A stretch of DNA of 64,000 nucleotides. It comes from an uncultured Pelagibacteraceae bacterium (GTDB lineage: Bacteria; Pseudomonadota; Alphaproteobacteria; Pelagibacterales; Pelagibacteraceae). Location of the stretch: contig CACHBR010000002.1 in NCBI GenBank assembly GCA_902578115.1, positions 59,863 through 123,862 on the forward strand. The letters are read 5' to 3'. This document shows positions 36,988 to 46,091 of this stretch, piece after piece (within the stretch, counting starts at the first letter, position 1; every line of letters begins with the position of its first letter). Under the pieces are notes generated by a model, which was not told where the DNA came from, did not search any database, and was given only the letters and a program-made list of their open reading frames with translations. A program made the position numbers and the translations under genes.

Positions 36988-37170
36988 ATGCAACCAAGAT
37001 TAAATTTAAGATCAAAAAATAATTCATCCCTGTTTGGTATAGCCATAAAAGGTTTAGTAATTATTGTTTTTATAAGTTTGGCGTTCTACCTGGTTGATAA
37101 GATAGATTTTCCATCTCCACAAAGTGAAACAAAAGAAGATGTTACCAATCAAATTATTAAGCTCAAATAG
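36988..37170 (+). CDS. Small hypothetical membrane protein (60 aa from ATG 36988)
   Basis: The track ORF 36862-37170 overlaps the aroK start. The first ATG outside aroK gives MQPRLNLRSKNNSSLFGIAIKGLVIIVFISLAFYLV... with one TM helix. Confidence 0.35.
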   Translation: MQPRLNLRSKNNSSLFGIAIKGLVIIVFISLAFYLVDKIDFPSPQSETKEDVTNQIIKLK

Positions 37171-38896
37171 AAAATTTCTTAAATTTCTTATTATAAGTTT
37201 ATTTTTTTTTCAAAATATTCTTGCAGAGGAAAAATCTATTGATATCTGGAATAATAATAACAAACCTAAGTCTGAAAATAATAAAATTCAAGAAAAATTA
37301 ATCCAGGAACCCAAAATTGATATTTCTAAACTAAATCAAAATCAGAATGAACTTATTAAAATTTCAGAGCCTCAAAGTGAAGACACTAACTTAAAATTAA
37401 TTGGACTGTATGACCCTGGACAAAACGATCTAAGTTTGGAAATGTGGATGCGTACAAATGGGGAATTAATAAAACAATCATTAAAAAGGATAGAAAAAAT
37501 AAAATTATCAAAGTTTTCAGAAGAAATATTTCTAAATACAATTTTAACTTATTCTTATTCTCCACAAAAAAACCTATCTGAAAAAGAATTTTTAAAAATA
37601 AAAATAGATTGGTTAATCAAAAATAATAAAATAGAAATAATTGAAAATTTCTTAAATAAAAATTTAGAATTTGATGGGAAATCAAAATTAATAAAATATT
37701 TAGTCGATCATTACATTTCGTCAGCTAATATTTCGGAAGGATGTAATAAAGCAGAATTTATAAATAAAGAAATAAAAGATAATTATTTGGAAAAATTTAG
37801 AATTTATTGCTTAATATTAAATAAGAAAAAAGAGGAGGCAATATTAAACTTTGATTTATTAAGAGAGGAGGGAAGATCAGATAAATTCTTTAACGACAAA
37901 ATTTCATATTTACTTGGGTTACAAGAAAAAACAGGCGATAAAATCTCTGACAAAAATTTATTAAATTTTTATTTATCTTCAATTACTATTGAGGGATTTA
38001 AATATGAACCTACCGAAAAAACTGATAAAAATATTTGGAAATTTTTAGTAGCCTCAAATCTTATAGTAATCGATGAACTTGAGGATTCAGAAACGATCAA
38101 AAAATATGAAGTTGCTGCAAATGATGGCTCATTTGATAAAAATAAAATATTTGAAATATATATGTCGATACCATTTAGTATCAATCAACTATTAAATGCA
38201 TCAACAATTTATCAAGGTCTAGAAGGTTATGAGGGAAGAGCATTAATTTATCAAAGAGCTCTATTGTCAGATAATATTGAAAATAAATTAAAGCTATTTT
38301 TTCTCTTAAAAGACTCTTTTGATAAAGAAAAACTAAACAATATTTTTAAAGATAAATTAAGTGAAATACTTAAAGAAATAGATCCTAGTGATGTTCCAGA
38401 GGATTTTAAGAAAATAGTTGAAAAAAATATAATTATTGAAGAAAATTTTGAGCTAGGAAAAATAAAATTTGACGACAAGGTCTTACATAGGTCTAAAGTA
38501 ATTAAAATTTTTACTGAAGATGATATAAAAAAAGATAAAGTAAATAAGGATCTAGAGAGCGTTTATAAAAAAATTAAACGAAACAAAAAATATTTTTACT
38601 CTATAAAAGACATTATGCTTTTAGAAACTTTAATTGCCGATGGAATATCAATTCCATCTGATTTAGATGTGAAAAGTCTCTCTAAAGATTTAACGATTCC
38701 AAACACAATGGAATCGCTTATAGAAGAAGGTCAAATAGGTTTATTCATGTTGAAGCTTGTTGAGATTATTGGGAGCGATGATATAGAGAATTTAGATCCT
38801 GAAACTTTATATTTTATTAACAACCTATTAAATAAAGGAAAAATTAAAAAAGTTAGAAATCAAATTTTAAATCTCGCCCTACCTTTGAGAGTATAA
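37139..38896 (+). CDS. Hypothetical secreted/periplasmic protein, alpha-helical repeat-like
   Basis: The track starts it at GTG 37124. ATG 37139 gives MLPIKLLSSNRKFLKFLIISLFFFQNILAEEK, which is signal-peptide-like. No catalytic motif is recognised. Confidence 0.7.
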   Translation: MLPIKLLSSNRKFLKFLIISLFFFQNILAEEKSIDIWNNNNKPKSENNKIQEKLIQEPKIDISKLNQNQNELIKISEPQSEDTNLKLIGLYDPGQNDLSLEMWMRTNGELIKQSLKRIEKIKLSKFSEEIFLNTILTYSYSPQKNLSEKEFLKIKIDWLIKNNKIEIIENFLNKNLEFDGKSKLIKYLVDHYISSANISEGCNKAEFINKEIKDNYLEKFRIYCLILNKKKEEAILNFDLLREEGRSDKFFNDKISYLLGLQEKTGDKISDKNLLNFYLSSITIEGFKYEPTEKTDKNIWKFLVASNLIVIDELEDSETIKKYEVAANDGSFDKNKIFEIYMSIPFSINQLLNASTIYQGLEGYEGRALIYQRALLSDNIENKLKLFFLLKDSFDKEKLNNIFKDKLSEILKEIDPSDVPEDFKKIVEKNIIIEENFELGKIKFDDKVLHRSKVIKIFTEDDIKKDKVNKDLESVYKKIKRNKKYFYSIKDIMLLETLIADGISIPSDLDVKSLSKDLTIPNTMESLIEEGQIGLFMLKLVEIIGSDDIENLDPETLYFINNLLNKGKIKKVRNQILNLALPLRV

Positions 38897-38913
38897 TTGT
38901 ATTATAAACTTTC

Positions 38914-39438
38914 ATGGCTTTAAGAAAAATTTTAACAATACCAGATTCTATTTTAAGGCAAAAATCTTTACCAGTAGATAAAGTAAATAAAGAAATCAAA
39001 ACTCTCATGGATGACATGCTAAACACAATGTACGATGCGCCAGGAATTGGTTTAGCCGCTATACAAATTGGTATTCCAAAAAGGATTGTAGTTATGGACT
39101 TATCTAAAGATCCTGAAAAAAAAAATCCAATGTATTTTGTTAATCCTGAGATCACTTGGAAATCAGATTTAAAGTCAACTTATGAAGAGGGATGTCTTTC
39201 TATACCAAATCAATTTGCAAAAATTGAAAGACCTGAAAAATGTAATGTTAAATTTTTAGACTATGATGGAAACCATAAAGAAATAAAAGCTGAAGGACTT
39301 CTATCAACTTGTATTCAACATGAAATTGATCATCTAAATGGAGTTTTATTCATTGATTATTTGTCAAAGCTTAAAAAAGATATAATTATTAAGAAAGTAT
39401 CAAAAGATAAAAAAGAGACAGAAAGAGTAGTAGTTTAA
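38914..39438 (+). CDS. def: Peptide deformylase
   Basis: 174 aa. All three PDF motifs are present: GIGLAAIQIG, EGCLSIP and HEIDHLNG. Confidence 0.95.
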   Translation: MALRKILTIPDSILRQKSLPVDKVNKEIKTLMDDMLNTMYDAPGIGLAAIQIGIPKRIVVMDLSKDPEKKNPMYFVNPEITWKSDLKSTYEEGCLSIPNQFAKIERPEKCNVKFLDYDGNHKEIKAEGLLSTCIQHEIDHLNGVLFIDYLSKLKKDIIIKKVSKDKKETERVVV

Positions 39439-39451
39439 ATTAAAAAATTTA

Positions 39452-40372
39452 ATGTCAAAAAAAATTGTTTTTATGGGAACACCAGAGTTTGCAGTTCCTA
39501 CTTTAGAAGCTTTAAAGAATTCCAATAATGAAATTATAGTTGTTTATTCTCAACCAGCTAGCAAAGCAAATAGAGGTCAAAAATTATTAGACTCAAAAGT
39601 TGGAAGTTTAGCAAAAAAATTTTCCTTAAGTTTAAGAACACCTAAAACTTTAGATAGCGATGAAGAGTTTAAATTTTTTAGCTCATTAAAACCAGACATC
39701 GCTGTAGTCGTTGCATACGGCCAAATAATACCCAGTAGATTTTTAGATATTCCCAAATATGGTTTCATTAATGTTCACGCTTCACTGTTGCCGAAGTGGA
39801 GAGGGGCAGCTCCTATACAAAGATCTATAATGAATTTAGATAAGGAAACTGGCGTAAGTATAATGAAAATTGTTGAAAAACTAGACGCTGGACCTGTTAT
39901 TCAACAGGATAAAATTAATTTAAATGAAAATATAGATACTTCAATATTATCAAAGTTACTCTCTCAGTTAGGTGCAAAATCTTTAATGAATGCGATCGAT
40001 AAATTAGAAAAGAACGAAGTCAACTTTGTTGAGCAAAATCATAATGAAGCTACATACGCAAAAAAAATTACAAAAGAAGAGGCTGAATTAAAATGGAATC
40101 AAAATGCAAAAATAATTTTAGCAAAAATCAATGGATTAAATCCAAATCCAGGAGCTTGGTTTAAATATAAAAACGAAAGATATAAGGTGTGGAAAGCAAA
40201 AATATCCAATACAAGTGGTGTACAAGGATCAACAATCGATAACAACTTAACAATTGCATGTAAAGATAAATCAATAAGTATTCTTGAAATACAAAAGGAG
40301 GGTAAAAGTAGACAAGCAACTGGTCAATTCCTACTTGGTAGTAAAATTCCTAAAGGTGAAAAAATTGCATAA
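39452..40372 (+). CDS. fmt: Methionyl-tRNA formyltransferase
   Basis: 306 aa. It contains FMGTPEFAVP and NVHASLLPKWRGAAPIQRS. Confidence 0.94.
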   Translation: MSKKIVFMGTPEFAVPTLEALKNSNNEIIVVYSQPASKANRGQKLLDSKVGSLAKKFSLSLRTPKTLDSDEEFKFFSSLKPDIAVVVAYGQIIPSRFLDIPKYGFINVHASLLPKWRGAAPIQRSIMNLDKETGVSIMKIVEKLDAGPVIQQDKINLNENIDTSILSKLLSQLGAKSLMNAIDKLEKNEVNFVEQNHNEATYAKKITKEEAELKWNQNAKIILAKINGLNPNPGAWFKYKNERYKVWKAKISNTSGVQGSTIDNNLTIACKDKSISILEIQKEGKSRQATGQFLLGSKIPKGEKIA

Positions 40373-41112
40373 TGACAACGTATCAAATTAGAGTTGAATA
40401 TCTTGGTACAAATTTTGTTGGATGGCAATTTCAAAAAAATGGTCTTTCAATTCAAGAAGTTTTAGAAACGGCTTTATCGAAATATTTAAAAGAAAATATT
40501 AGAGTAATAGGTTCTGGAAGAACTGATTCCGGCGTTCATGCGAGTGAACAATCAGCGCATTTTAATACAAAAAATAAGATAAATAATATTGGTATTTTCC
40601 TAAATGCAGTGAATTTTTTTTTAAAGAAACATCCTGTATCAATTTTAAATATTCAGAAAAGATCCAATAATTTTCATGCAAGGCACAGTGCTAAAGAAAG
40701 AGTTTATAAATATTTCATTGTTAATCGACCCTCATCTCTTGCTATAGATAAAAATAAGGCCTGGCATATTAAAAAAAAACTAGATGTAAAATTAATGAAA
40801 AAGGGCGCTACAATTTTAAAAGGAACACATAATTTTACGACATTTAGAGCTTCAAATTGTCAGGCTAAATCGCCAATCAGAACATTGAAAAAACCTTTAA
40901 TTATTAAAAGCAAAAATAAGATTATATTTACCTTTCAATCAAAGTCTTTTCTACAGCAACAAGTAAGGTCAATGGTAGGTTCTTTAAAATATTTAGGTGA
41001 GGGAAAATGGAATTTAAAAGATTTTAAAAAAGCATTTAAATCAAAAAAAAGATCAATGTGTGCTCCCCCAGCTCCAGCACATGGATTATATTTAGTCAAA
41101 GTCAAATATTAA
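40372..41112 (+). CDS. truA: tRNA pseudouridine(38-40) synthase
   Basis: 246 aa. It contains YLGTNFVGWQFQ and GSGRTDSGVHA (catalytic Asp). Confidence 0.93.
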   Translation: MTTYQIRVEYLGTNFVGWQFQKNGLSIQEVLETALSKYLKENIRVIGSGRTDSGVHASEQSAHFNTKNKINNIGIFLNAVNFFLKKHPVSILNIQKRSNNFHARHSAKERVYKYFIVNRPSSLAIDKNKAWHIKKKLDVKLMKKGATILKGTHNFTTFRASNCQAKSPIRTLKKPLIIKSKNKIIFTFQSKSFLQQQVRSMVGSLKYLGEGKWNLKDFKKAFKSKKRSMCAPPAPAHGLYLVKVKY

Positions 41113-41117
41113 AAGTA

Positions 41118-41147
41118 CTTGAATTATTTTTTTTAATTACCATATAG
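41118..41147 (+). promoter_or_regulatory. Candidate RpoH (sigma-32)-type heat-shock promoter for the hsp20 gene
   Basis: CTTGAAT (41118-41124), a 13-nt spacer, then TACCATAT (41138-41145). This resembles the CTTGAAA-N13-15-CCCCATNT consensus and lies 60 nt upstream of the sHSP start. The match is partial. Confidence 0.35.
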
Positions 41148-41204
41148 AAATTGTAGGTCGCCAAATGGGACTTACAAATAACCTTGCTAACAAAGGAGGA
41201 AAAT

Positions 41205-41648
41205 ATGACAAGTAAGGACATTTCTGTCTTTAACTCATTAAGACCTTTCAGCATTGGATTCGACGACATGTTTGATCAGTTTGAGTCTATGTTAGGGAAT
41301 GGTGGATTAGGCGTACAAACAAATTATCCCCCATACAACATCAGGAAAGCAGGTAAAGATAAGTATGCTATAGAAGTAGCTCTTGCAGGCTTTAACAAAA
41401 GTGATGTTGAAATTGAGTATGAAGACAATACTTTAACAGTGAGAACTAAAAAAGTTCAAAAATCTGAAAATAAAGATGGTGACGAGATTATTCATCGAGG
41501 AATATCTCAAAGATCATTTTCTAGATCATTTACAGTAGCAGATGATGTAAAGGTAAATGGCGCTGAGTTAAAAGATGGTCTTTTAACTATCGATTGTGAA
41601 AAAATCGTACCAGAAATAAAAAAGAGAAAACTAATACCTATTAAATAA
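41205..41648 (+). CDS. Small heat-shock protein (Hsp20/alpha-crystallin family)
   Basis: The track starts it at TTG 41184. ATG 41205 is preceded by AAGGAGG (41193-41199). The alpha-crystallin domain reads YPPYNIRK...IEVALAGF...GISQRSFSRSFTVADDVKV..AELKDGLLTI. Confidence 0.9.
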   Translation: MTSKDISVFNSLRPFSIGFDDMFDQFESMLGNGGLGVQTNYPPYNIRKAGKDKYAIEVALAGFNKSDVEIEYEDNTLTVRTKKVQKSENKDGDEIIHRGISQRSFSRSFTVADDVKVNGAELKDGLLTIDCEKIVPEIKKRKLIPIK

Positions 41649-41658
41649 GGTAGCCTTG

Positions 41659-41681
41659 CTTGCGGGGCCTGTCTCCGCAAG
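41659..41681. terminator. GC-rich hairpin between convergent genes (possible bidirectional terminator)
   Basis: The stem is cttgcgg (41659-41665) paired with ccgcaag (41675-41681), with a 9-nt loop. It sits between the hsp20 stop (41648) and the stop of the convergent HDAC-like gene (41688). It stands out as GC-rich in an AT-rich spacer. Confidence 0.5.
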
Positions 41682-41687
41682 TAACTT

Positions 41688-42608
41688 TTAGTTTTCTAAC
41701 AAAGCTTTTAGGTGGTACTCAGAACTCTCCTTAAGGGCATTTAAATCATAACCACCCTCTAAAATTGAAACAACTTTATTATTAATACTTTTATTAATAA
41801 CTTTTAATGTTCTTTTTGTAATATCGTAAAAATCTTTTGACTTTAATTTAAATTGAGCAAGAGGATCGTCTTGGTGTGCATCAAATCCTGCAGAAAATAA
41901 TAAAAATTCTGGTTTAAATTCCTTAAGTTTTTTTAAAACATGTTCATATGCATTCATGTATTCCTCAGAGTTTGTTCCAGCTGGCAACGGAATATTTAAA
42001 ATATTACTATGTTTACCTTTTTCATTATTTGCACCCGTTCCAGGATAGAAGGGGTATTGATGGGTTGAAATATATAAAACTTTTTCATTATCATAAAAAA
42101 TATTTTGTGTTCCATTTCCATGATGAACATCGAAATCTATTATAGCAATTTTGTTAAGTTTATATTTTTCTATAAGATAATGAGCTCCAACTGCCACATT
42201 ATTGTATATACAAAATCCCATTGCTTTATCTTTTTCTGCATGATGCCCTGGTGGTCTTACAGGGCAGAAAACATTTTTAAACTCTTTATTTTGAACACTA
42301 TCAATAGCAGTAACTATTGATGCAACTGCATCTGATGAAGCTTGTTTACTACCTGGAGACACAATGGTATCACCATCTAAAAAATGTAGTCCCTTCTTTG
42401 GAAAAGAATTTTCCACTTCATCAATATAATCAGATTTATGAGCAATTTTTAAATATTTAGCATCAAACTTTAATGGTTTTTTCCAAATCAATTTTTTGTT
42501 CTTTTTTAAGTTTTCAATAACAACAGAAACACGATCTGCTCTTTCAGGATGACCTTGACCGGTGTCGTGATCTAAATAAGTCTCTGTAGTAATAATTCCT
42601 GTCTTCAC
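41688..42608 (-). CDS. Histone deacetylase-family amidohydrolase (acetoin utilization/acetylpolyamine deacetylase-like)
   Basis: 306 aa. It contains RPPGHHA, DFDVHHGNGTQ and GFDAH. Confidence 0.88.
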   Translation of the reverse strand: MKTGIITTETYLDHDTGQGHPERADRVSVVIENLKKNKKLIWKKPLKFDAKYLKIAHKSDYIDEVENSFPKKGLHFLDGDTIVSPGSKQASSDAVASIVTAIDSVQNKEFKNVFCPVRPPGHHAEKDKAMGFCIYNNVAVGAHYLIEKYKLNKIAIIDFDVHHGNGTQNIFYDNEKVLYISTHQYPFYPGTGANNEKGKHSNILNIPLPAGTNSEEYMNAYEHVLKKLKEFKPEFLLFSAGFDAHQDDPLAQFKLKSKDFYDITKRTLKVINKSINNKVVSILEGGYDLNALKESSEYHLKALLEN

Positions 42609-43744
42609 TTAAAATAACTTACCAAAATATTTTCATATATTTTAGTTAATTTTTTTAAATCAGAAACAGACACACTCTCATCTATTTTGTGCATTGTCTT
42701 ACCTACCAAGCCAAATTCTAGACAAGGTGCAATATTTTTTATAAATCTTGCATCAGATGTACCGCCTGAGGTAGATAGTTTTGGTTTAAGACCAGTGACT
42801 TTTTTAACGATATTTTGAACCATATAAGTAGTTTTATTTGGTTTAGTTAAAAATGCTTCGCCTGAAACTTCGTAAGTTATTTTGAATCTAGATTTATTAG
42901 ATTTCGTAACTGATTTAAATATTTTATTAAGTTTATTTTTTAGGGAACTAGATGAGTGTTTATCATTAAATCTGATATTAAAAACAGCCTCAGCTGATCC
43001 TGGAATAACATTATCCGCATGATTATCAATATTAATTTTTGTTACCTCAAGATTAGAAGGCTGAAAGTTTTTTGTTCCTTTATCAAGTTTTAAATCCTTA
43101 ATTTTTTTTAAAATTTTAATTAAAGTACTCGAGGGATTATTGGCTCTGTGTGGATAAGCAACATGGCCCTGCGAACCTATTATAGTAAGTCTACCTGTCA
43201 AACTTCCTCTTCTTCCAATTTTTATCATTTCACCAAGTTTATTTGGATTAGTTGGTTCGCCTACTATACAAAAATTAATTTTTTCTCTTTTTCTTTTTAA
43301 ATACTTTATAAGTCTTTTTGTTCCATTCACCGCTATTCCTTCCTCATCTCCTGTAATAAGTAAACTTATTGATCCTTTAAAATTTTTATTTTCATTTTTA
43401 AATCTACTTACTGCAGCCACAAAACATGCAATTGATGCTTTCATATCATTAGCACCTCGTCCAATTAATTTGTTATTTCTTACAATTGGTTTAAATGGAT
43501 TAGTGGTCCAGTTTTTAATATTTCCTGGAGGAACCACATCTGTATGTCCTGCATAGCAAAAATTTGGAGAGGATTTTCCAAGTTTTGCATAAAGGTTTTT
43601 TATATTTTTAAAATTAATAATTTTACAATTAAAACCTATAGATCTTAAATTTTTAGCTAATAAATTTATAGCACCAGCATCTTTAGGTGTAATACTAGGT
43701 TTACGAATCAAATCTTTTGCTAACTTTAATTCACTTATTTGCAT
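42605..43744 (-). CDS. dapE: Succinyl-diaminopimelate desuccinylase
   Basis: 379 aa M20 peptidase. It contains GHTDVVPPG, GRGANDMK and ITGDEEG, and sits next to dapD. Confidence 0.9.
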   Translation of the reverse strand: MQISELKLAKDLIRKPSITPKDAGAINLLAKNLRSIGFNCKIINFKNIKNLYAKLGKSSPNFCYAGHTDVVPPGNIKNWTTNPFKPIVRNNKLIGRGANDMKASIACFVAAVSRFKNENKNFKGSISLLITGDEEGIAVNGTKRLIKYLKRKREKINFCIVGEPTNPNKLGEMIKIGRRGSLTGRLTIIGSQGHVAYPHRANNPSSTLIKILKKIKDLKLDKGTKNFQPSNLEVTKINIDNHADNVIPGSAEAVFNIRFNDKHSSSSLKNKLNKIFKSVTKSNKSRFKITYEVSGEAFLTKPNKTTYMVQNIVKKVTGLKPKLSTSGGTSDARFIKNIAPCLEFGLVGKTMHKIDESVSVSDLKKLTKIYENILVSYFK

Positions 43745-43748
43745 GATT

Positions 43749-44573
43749 TTAATCTCTTAACAAATCATTAATAGAAGTTTTACTTCTAGTTTTCTCATCT
43801 ACTTTTTTTACAATTACCACACAATATAGCGATGGTCCTTTAGGATTATTTGCACTTGGCATTGAGCCTGGAACAACAACAGAATAGGCAGGTACTTTAC
43901 CATAATGAATTTTGCCAGTTGCACGATCAATTATTCTTGTTGATGCACCAATATAAACACCCATCGACAGCACCGATCCTTTCTCGACAATTACACCTTC
44001 CGCTATTTCTGCTCTTGCTCCTAAAAAACAATTGTCCTCTACAATAGTTGGATTTGCTTGCATCGGTTCTAAGACACCACCAATACCAGCACCACCAGAA
44101 ATATGACAATTTTTTCCAACCTGCGCACATGACCCAACTGATGCCCATGTATCTATCATTGTTCCTTCGTCTACGTACGCTCCAACATTTATAAACGAAG
44201 GCATTAAAACAACATTCTTTGCTATGTGAGCTCCTTTTCTAATTACGCCATTGGGAACATATCTAAATCCAGCTTTCTTAACTTGCTCTTCACTCCATCC
44301 TTGTGTTTTTCCATCAACTTTATCGTACCAAGTAGAGTAAGGACCTTTAGATGCTTTCATTTTATTCACCCGAAAACTTAAAAGTATAGCTTTTTTAATC
44401 CATTGATTGACTTGCCATTTGTCACCTTTTTTTTCTGCAACTCTGATTTTACCGTTATCTAACAAGTCAATAGTTTCACGCACCAAATCATTTAGCGTTT
44501 TATCTGAACTATCAATTTTATCTTTTTTTTCAAAAGCTTCGTTTATAGTTTTTTCAATTTTTTCTAAGTTCAT
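43749..44573 (-). CDS. dapD: 2,3,4,5-tetrahydropyridine-2,6-dicarboxylate N-succinyltransferase
   Basis: 274 aa. It has left-handed beta-helix hexapeptide repeats and the DapD N-terminal domain ([19 protein letters not shown]). Confidence 0.92.
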   Translation of the reverse strand: MNLEKIEKTINEAFEKKDKIDSSDKTLNDLVRETIDLLDNGKIRVAEKKGDKWQVNQWIKKAILLSFRVNKMKASKGPYSTWYDKVDGKTQGWSEEQVKKAGFRYVPNGVIRKGAHIAKNVVLMPSFINVGAYVDEGTMIDTWASVGSCAQVGKNCHISGGAGIGGVLEPMQANPTIVEDNCFLGARAEIAEGVIVEKGSVLSMGVYIGASTRIIDRATGKIHYGKVPAYSVVVPGSMPSANNPKGPSLYCVVIVKKVDEKTRSKTSINDLLRD

Positions 44574-45225
44574 TTATTTCCTTTAAGAAAGTTGTTAAAT
44601 TAGCTGTTTTATAATCTATAAAATTTTCATTTGAATATTTTGCAGCCCAAGGTTCATCATTTTTAATCCAAACAGTTTTCATACCCAATTCATGTGCTGG
44701 CTTCAAATTTCTTGCAATATCCTCTATAAATATACAATATTGTGGCTCAATTTTGTATTTATCAATTAATCTTTTGTAAGTTTCGATAGCAGGTTTAGGG
44801 ATAAAATCTGAGTCTACAATATCAAAAATTCCATCAAAAAGCCTATTAATCCCAATTCTTTTAGTAACATTCTCGGCATGAGCACGGGAGCCGTTGGTAA
44901 ATATTATTTTTTTATCTTTTATTCTACTGAGCTCTATTTCTAAACCCTTATCATTTTTGAGAAATTCTAAATCAATATCGTGAACAAAATCTAGAAACTC
45001 TTGCGCATCTATCTCATGATTTTTGATCATACCATTTAAAGTCGTATTATATTCATGGAAATAATTTTTTTGTATTTTTCTAGCTTCCTCAATGCTTACT
45101 TTTAATTTATTTGAAATATATTTAGACATTCGTTTATCAACTTGATCGAAAACTTTTGTATCACCAGAATAAAGTGTATTATCTAAATCAAATAGCCAAT
45201 ACTTTATATTTAAAAGATCTTTCAT
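44554..45225 (-). CDS. HAD-superfamily hydrolase (pyrimidine 5-prime-nucleotidase-like)
   Basis: 223 aa. HAD motif I is [10 protein letters not shown], followed by later FTNGS and FIEDIARN motifs. Confidence 0.82.
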   Translation of the reverse strand: MKDLLNIKYWLFDLDNTLYSGDTKVFDQVDKRMSKYISNKLKVSIEEARKIQKNYFHEYNTTLNGMIKNHEIDAQEFLDFVHDIDLEFLKNDKGLEIELSRIKDKKIIFTNGSRAHAENVTKRIGINRLFDGIFDIVDSDFIPKPAIETYKRLIDKYKIEPQYCIFIEDIARNLKPAHELGMKTVWIKNDEPWAAKYSNENFIDYKTANLTTFLKEINELRKN

Positions 45226-46091
45226 TTTCTAATTAAAGTACCAGCACCTTGATCTGAGAAAATTTCTTTCAATATAGCTCTTGGTTTTCTACCATCAAGA
45301 ATAACAACACCTCTAACCCCATTCTCAACAGCCTCAATACAATTTTTTATTTTAGGTAACATTCCACCCTGGACAATCTTTAGATTAACTAAATTTTCCA
45401 TATCGTATGGCTTTATTTCTGAAATTAAAGTTTTTCTATCATCATAAACACCCTCAACATTTGTCATTAATAAAAGTCTTCTAGATTTCAATTTTTTAGC
45501 TATAGCACTCGCCGCAGTATCCCCATTAATATTATAAGTTTGATTATTTTTATCTAAACCTAATGGTGCAACAATTGGTATTTGATTTTGACTAATTATA
45601 TTTCTTATTACTTCAATATTTATTTCTTGTGGTACTCCCACAAAACCTAACTCAGGTTTATCAGGAATTACGTTTATAATATTATTTATTTTTGTATTTA
45701 CTGAAATTGCTTTAGACCCTTTTTTGTTTAATGAACTTACGATATCTTTATTAAAATCTATAAGAACTTTTTCTACAATATTAATAACATCTTTATCTGT
45801 TACTCTTAGACCATTTATAAATTTACTTTGAATATTTCCTTTTTTTAATTCCCTTTCTATTCTTGGACCTCCACCATGTACAACTACAATTGAAAGACCT
45901 AGTTTATTTAATATGCTTATATCTTGAATGAAATTATTAAAAATATTTCTATCAATTAAAACATTGCCACCATATTTTATTACTATTAAATCTTTTTTAT
46001 ATTTTTTTACGTATTTTGGAACATTCGTCACATCTGGAGCATCTTTTGGCCAAAACTTTTTTATTTCTTCTAAATTATTTTCTTCGGACAT
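45222..46091 (-). CDS. argB: Acetylglutamate kinase
   Basis: 289 aa amino-acid kinase fold. It contains IKYGGN, VHGGGP and NINGDTAA. Confidence 0.93.
   Translation of the reverse strand: MSEENNLEEIKKFWPKDAPDVTNVPKYVKKYKKDLIVIKYGGNVLIDRNIFNNFIQDISILNKLGLSIVVVHGGGPRIERELKKGNIQSKFINGLRVTDKDVINIVEKVLIDFNKDIVSSLNKKGSKAISVNTKINNIINVIPDKPELGFVGVPQEINIEVIRNIISQNQIPIVAPLGLDKNNQTYNINGDTAASAIAKKLKSRRLLLMTNVEGVYDDRKTLISEIKPYDMENLVNLKIVQGGMLPKIKNCIEAVENGVRGVVILDGRKPRAILKEIFSDQGAGTLIRK

Noticed and set aside
43850-44148. Two ORFs inside dapD (43850-44047 plus; 43927-44148 minus, with a W/C-rich repetitive sequence).
   Set aside because: They are artefacts of the hexapeptide-repeat periodicity of the dapD coding sequence read in other frames.
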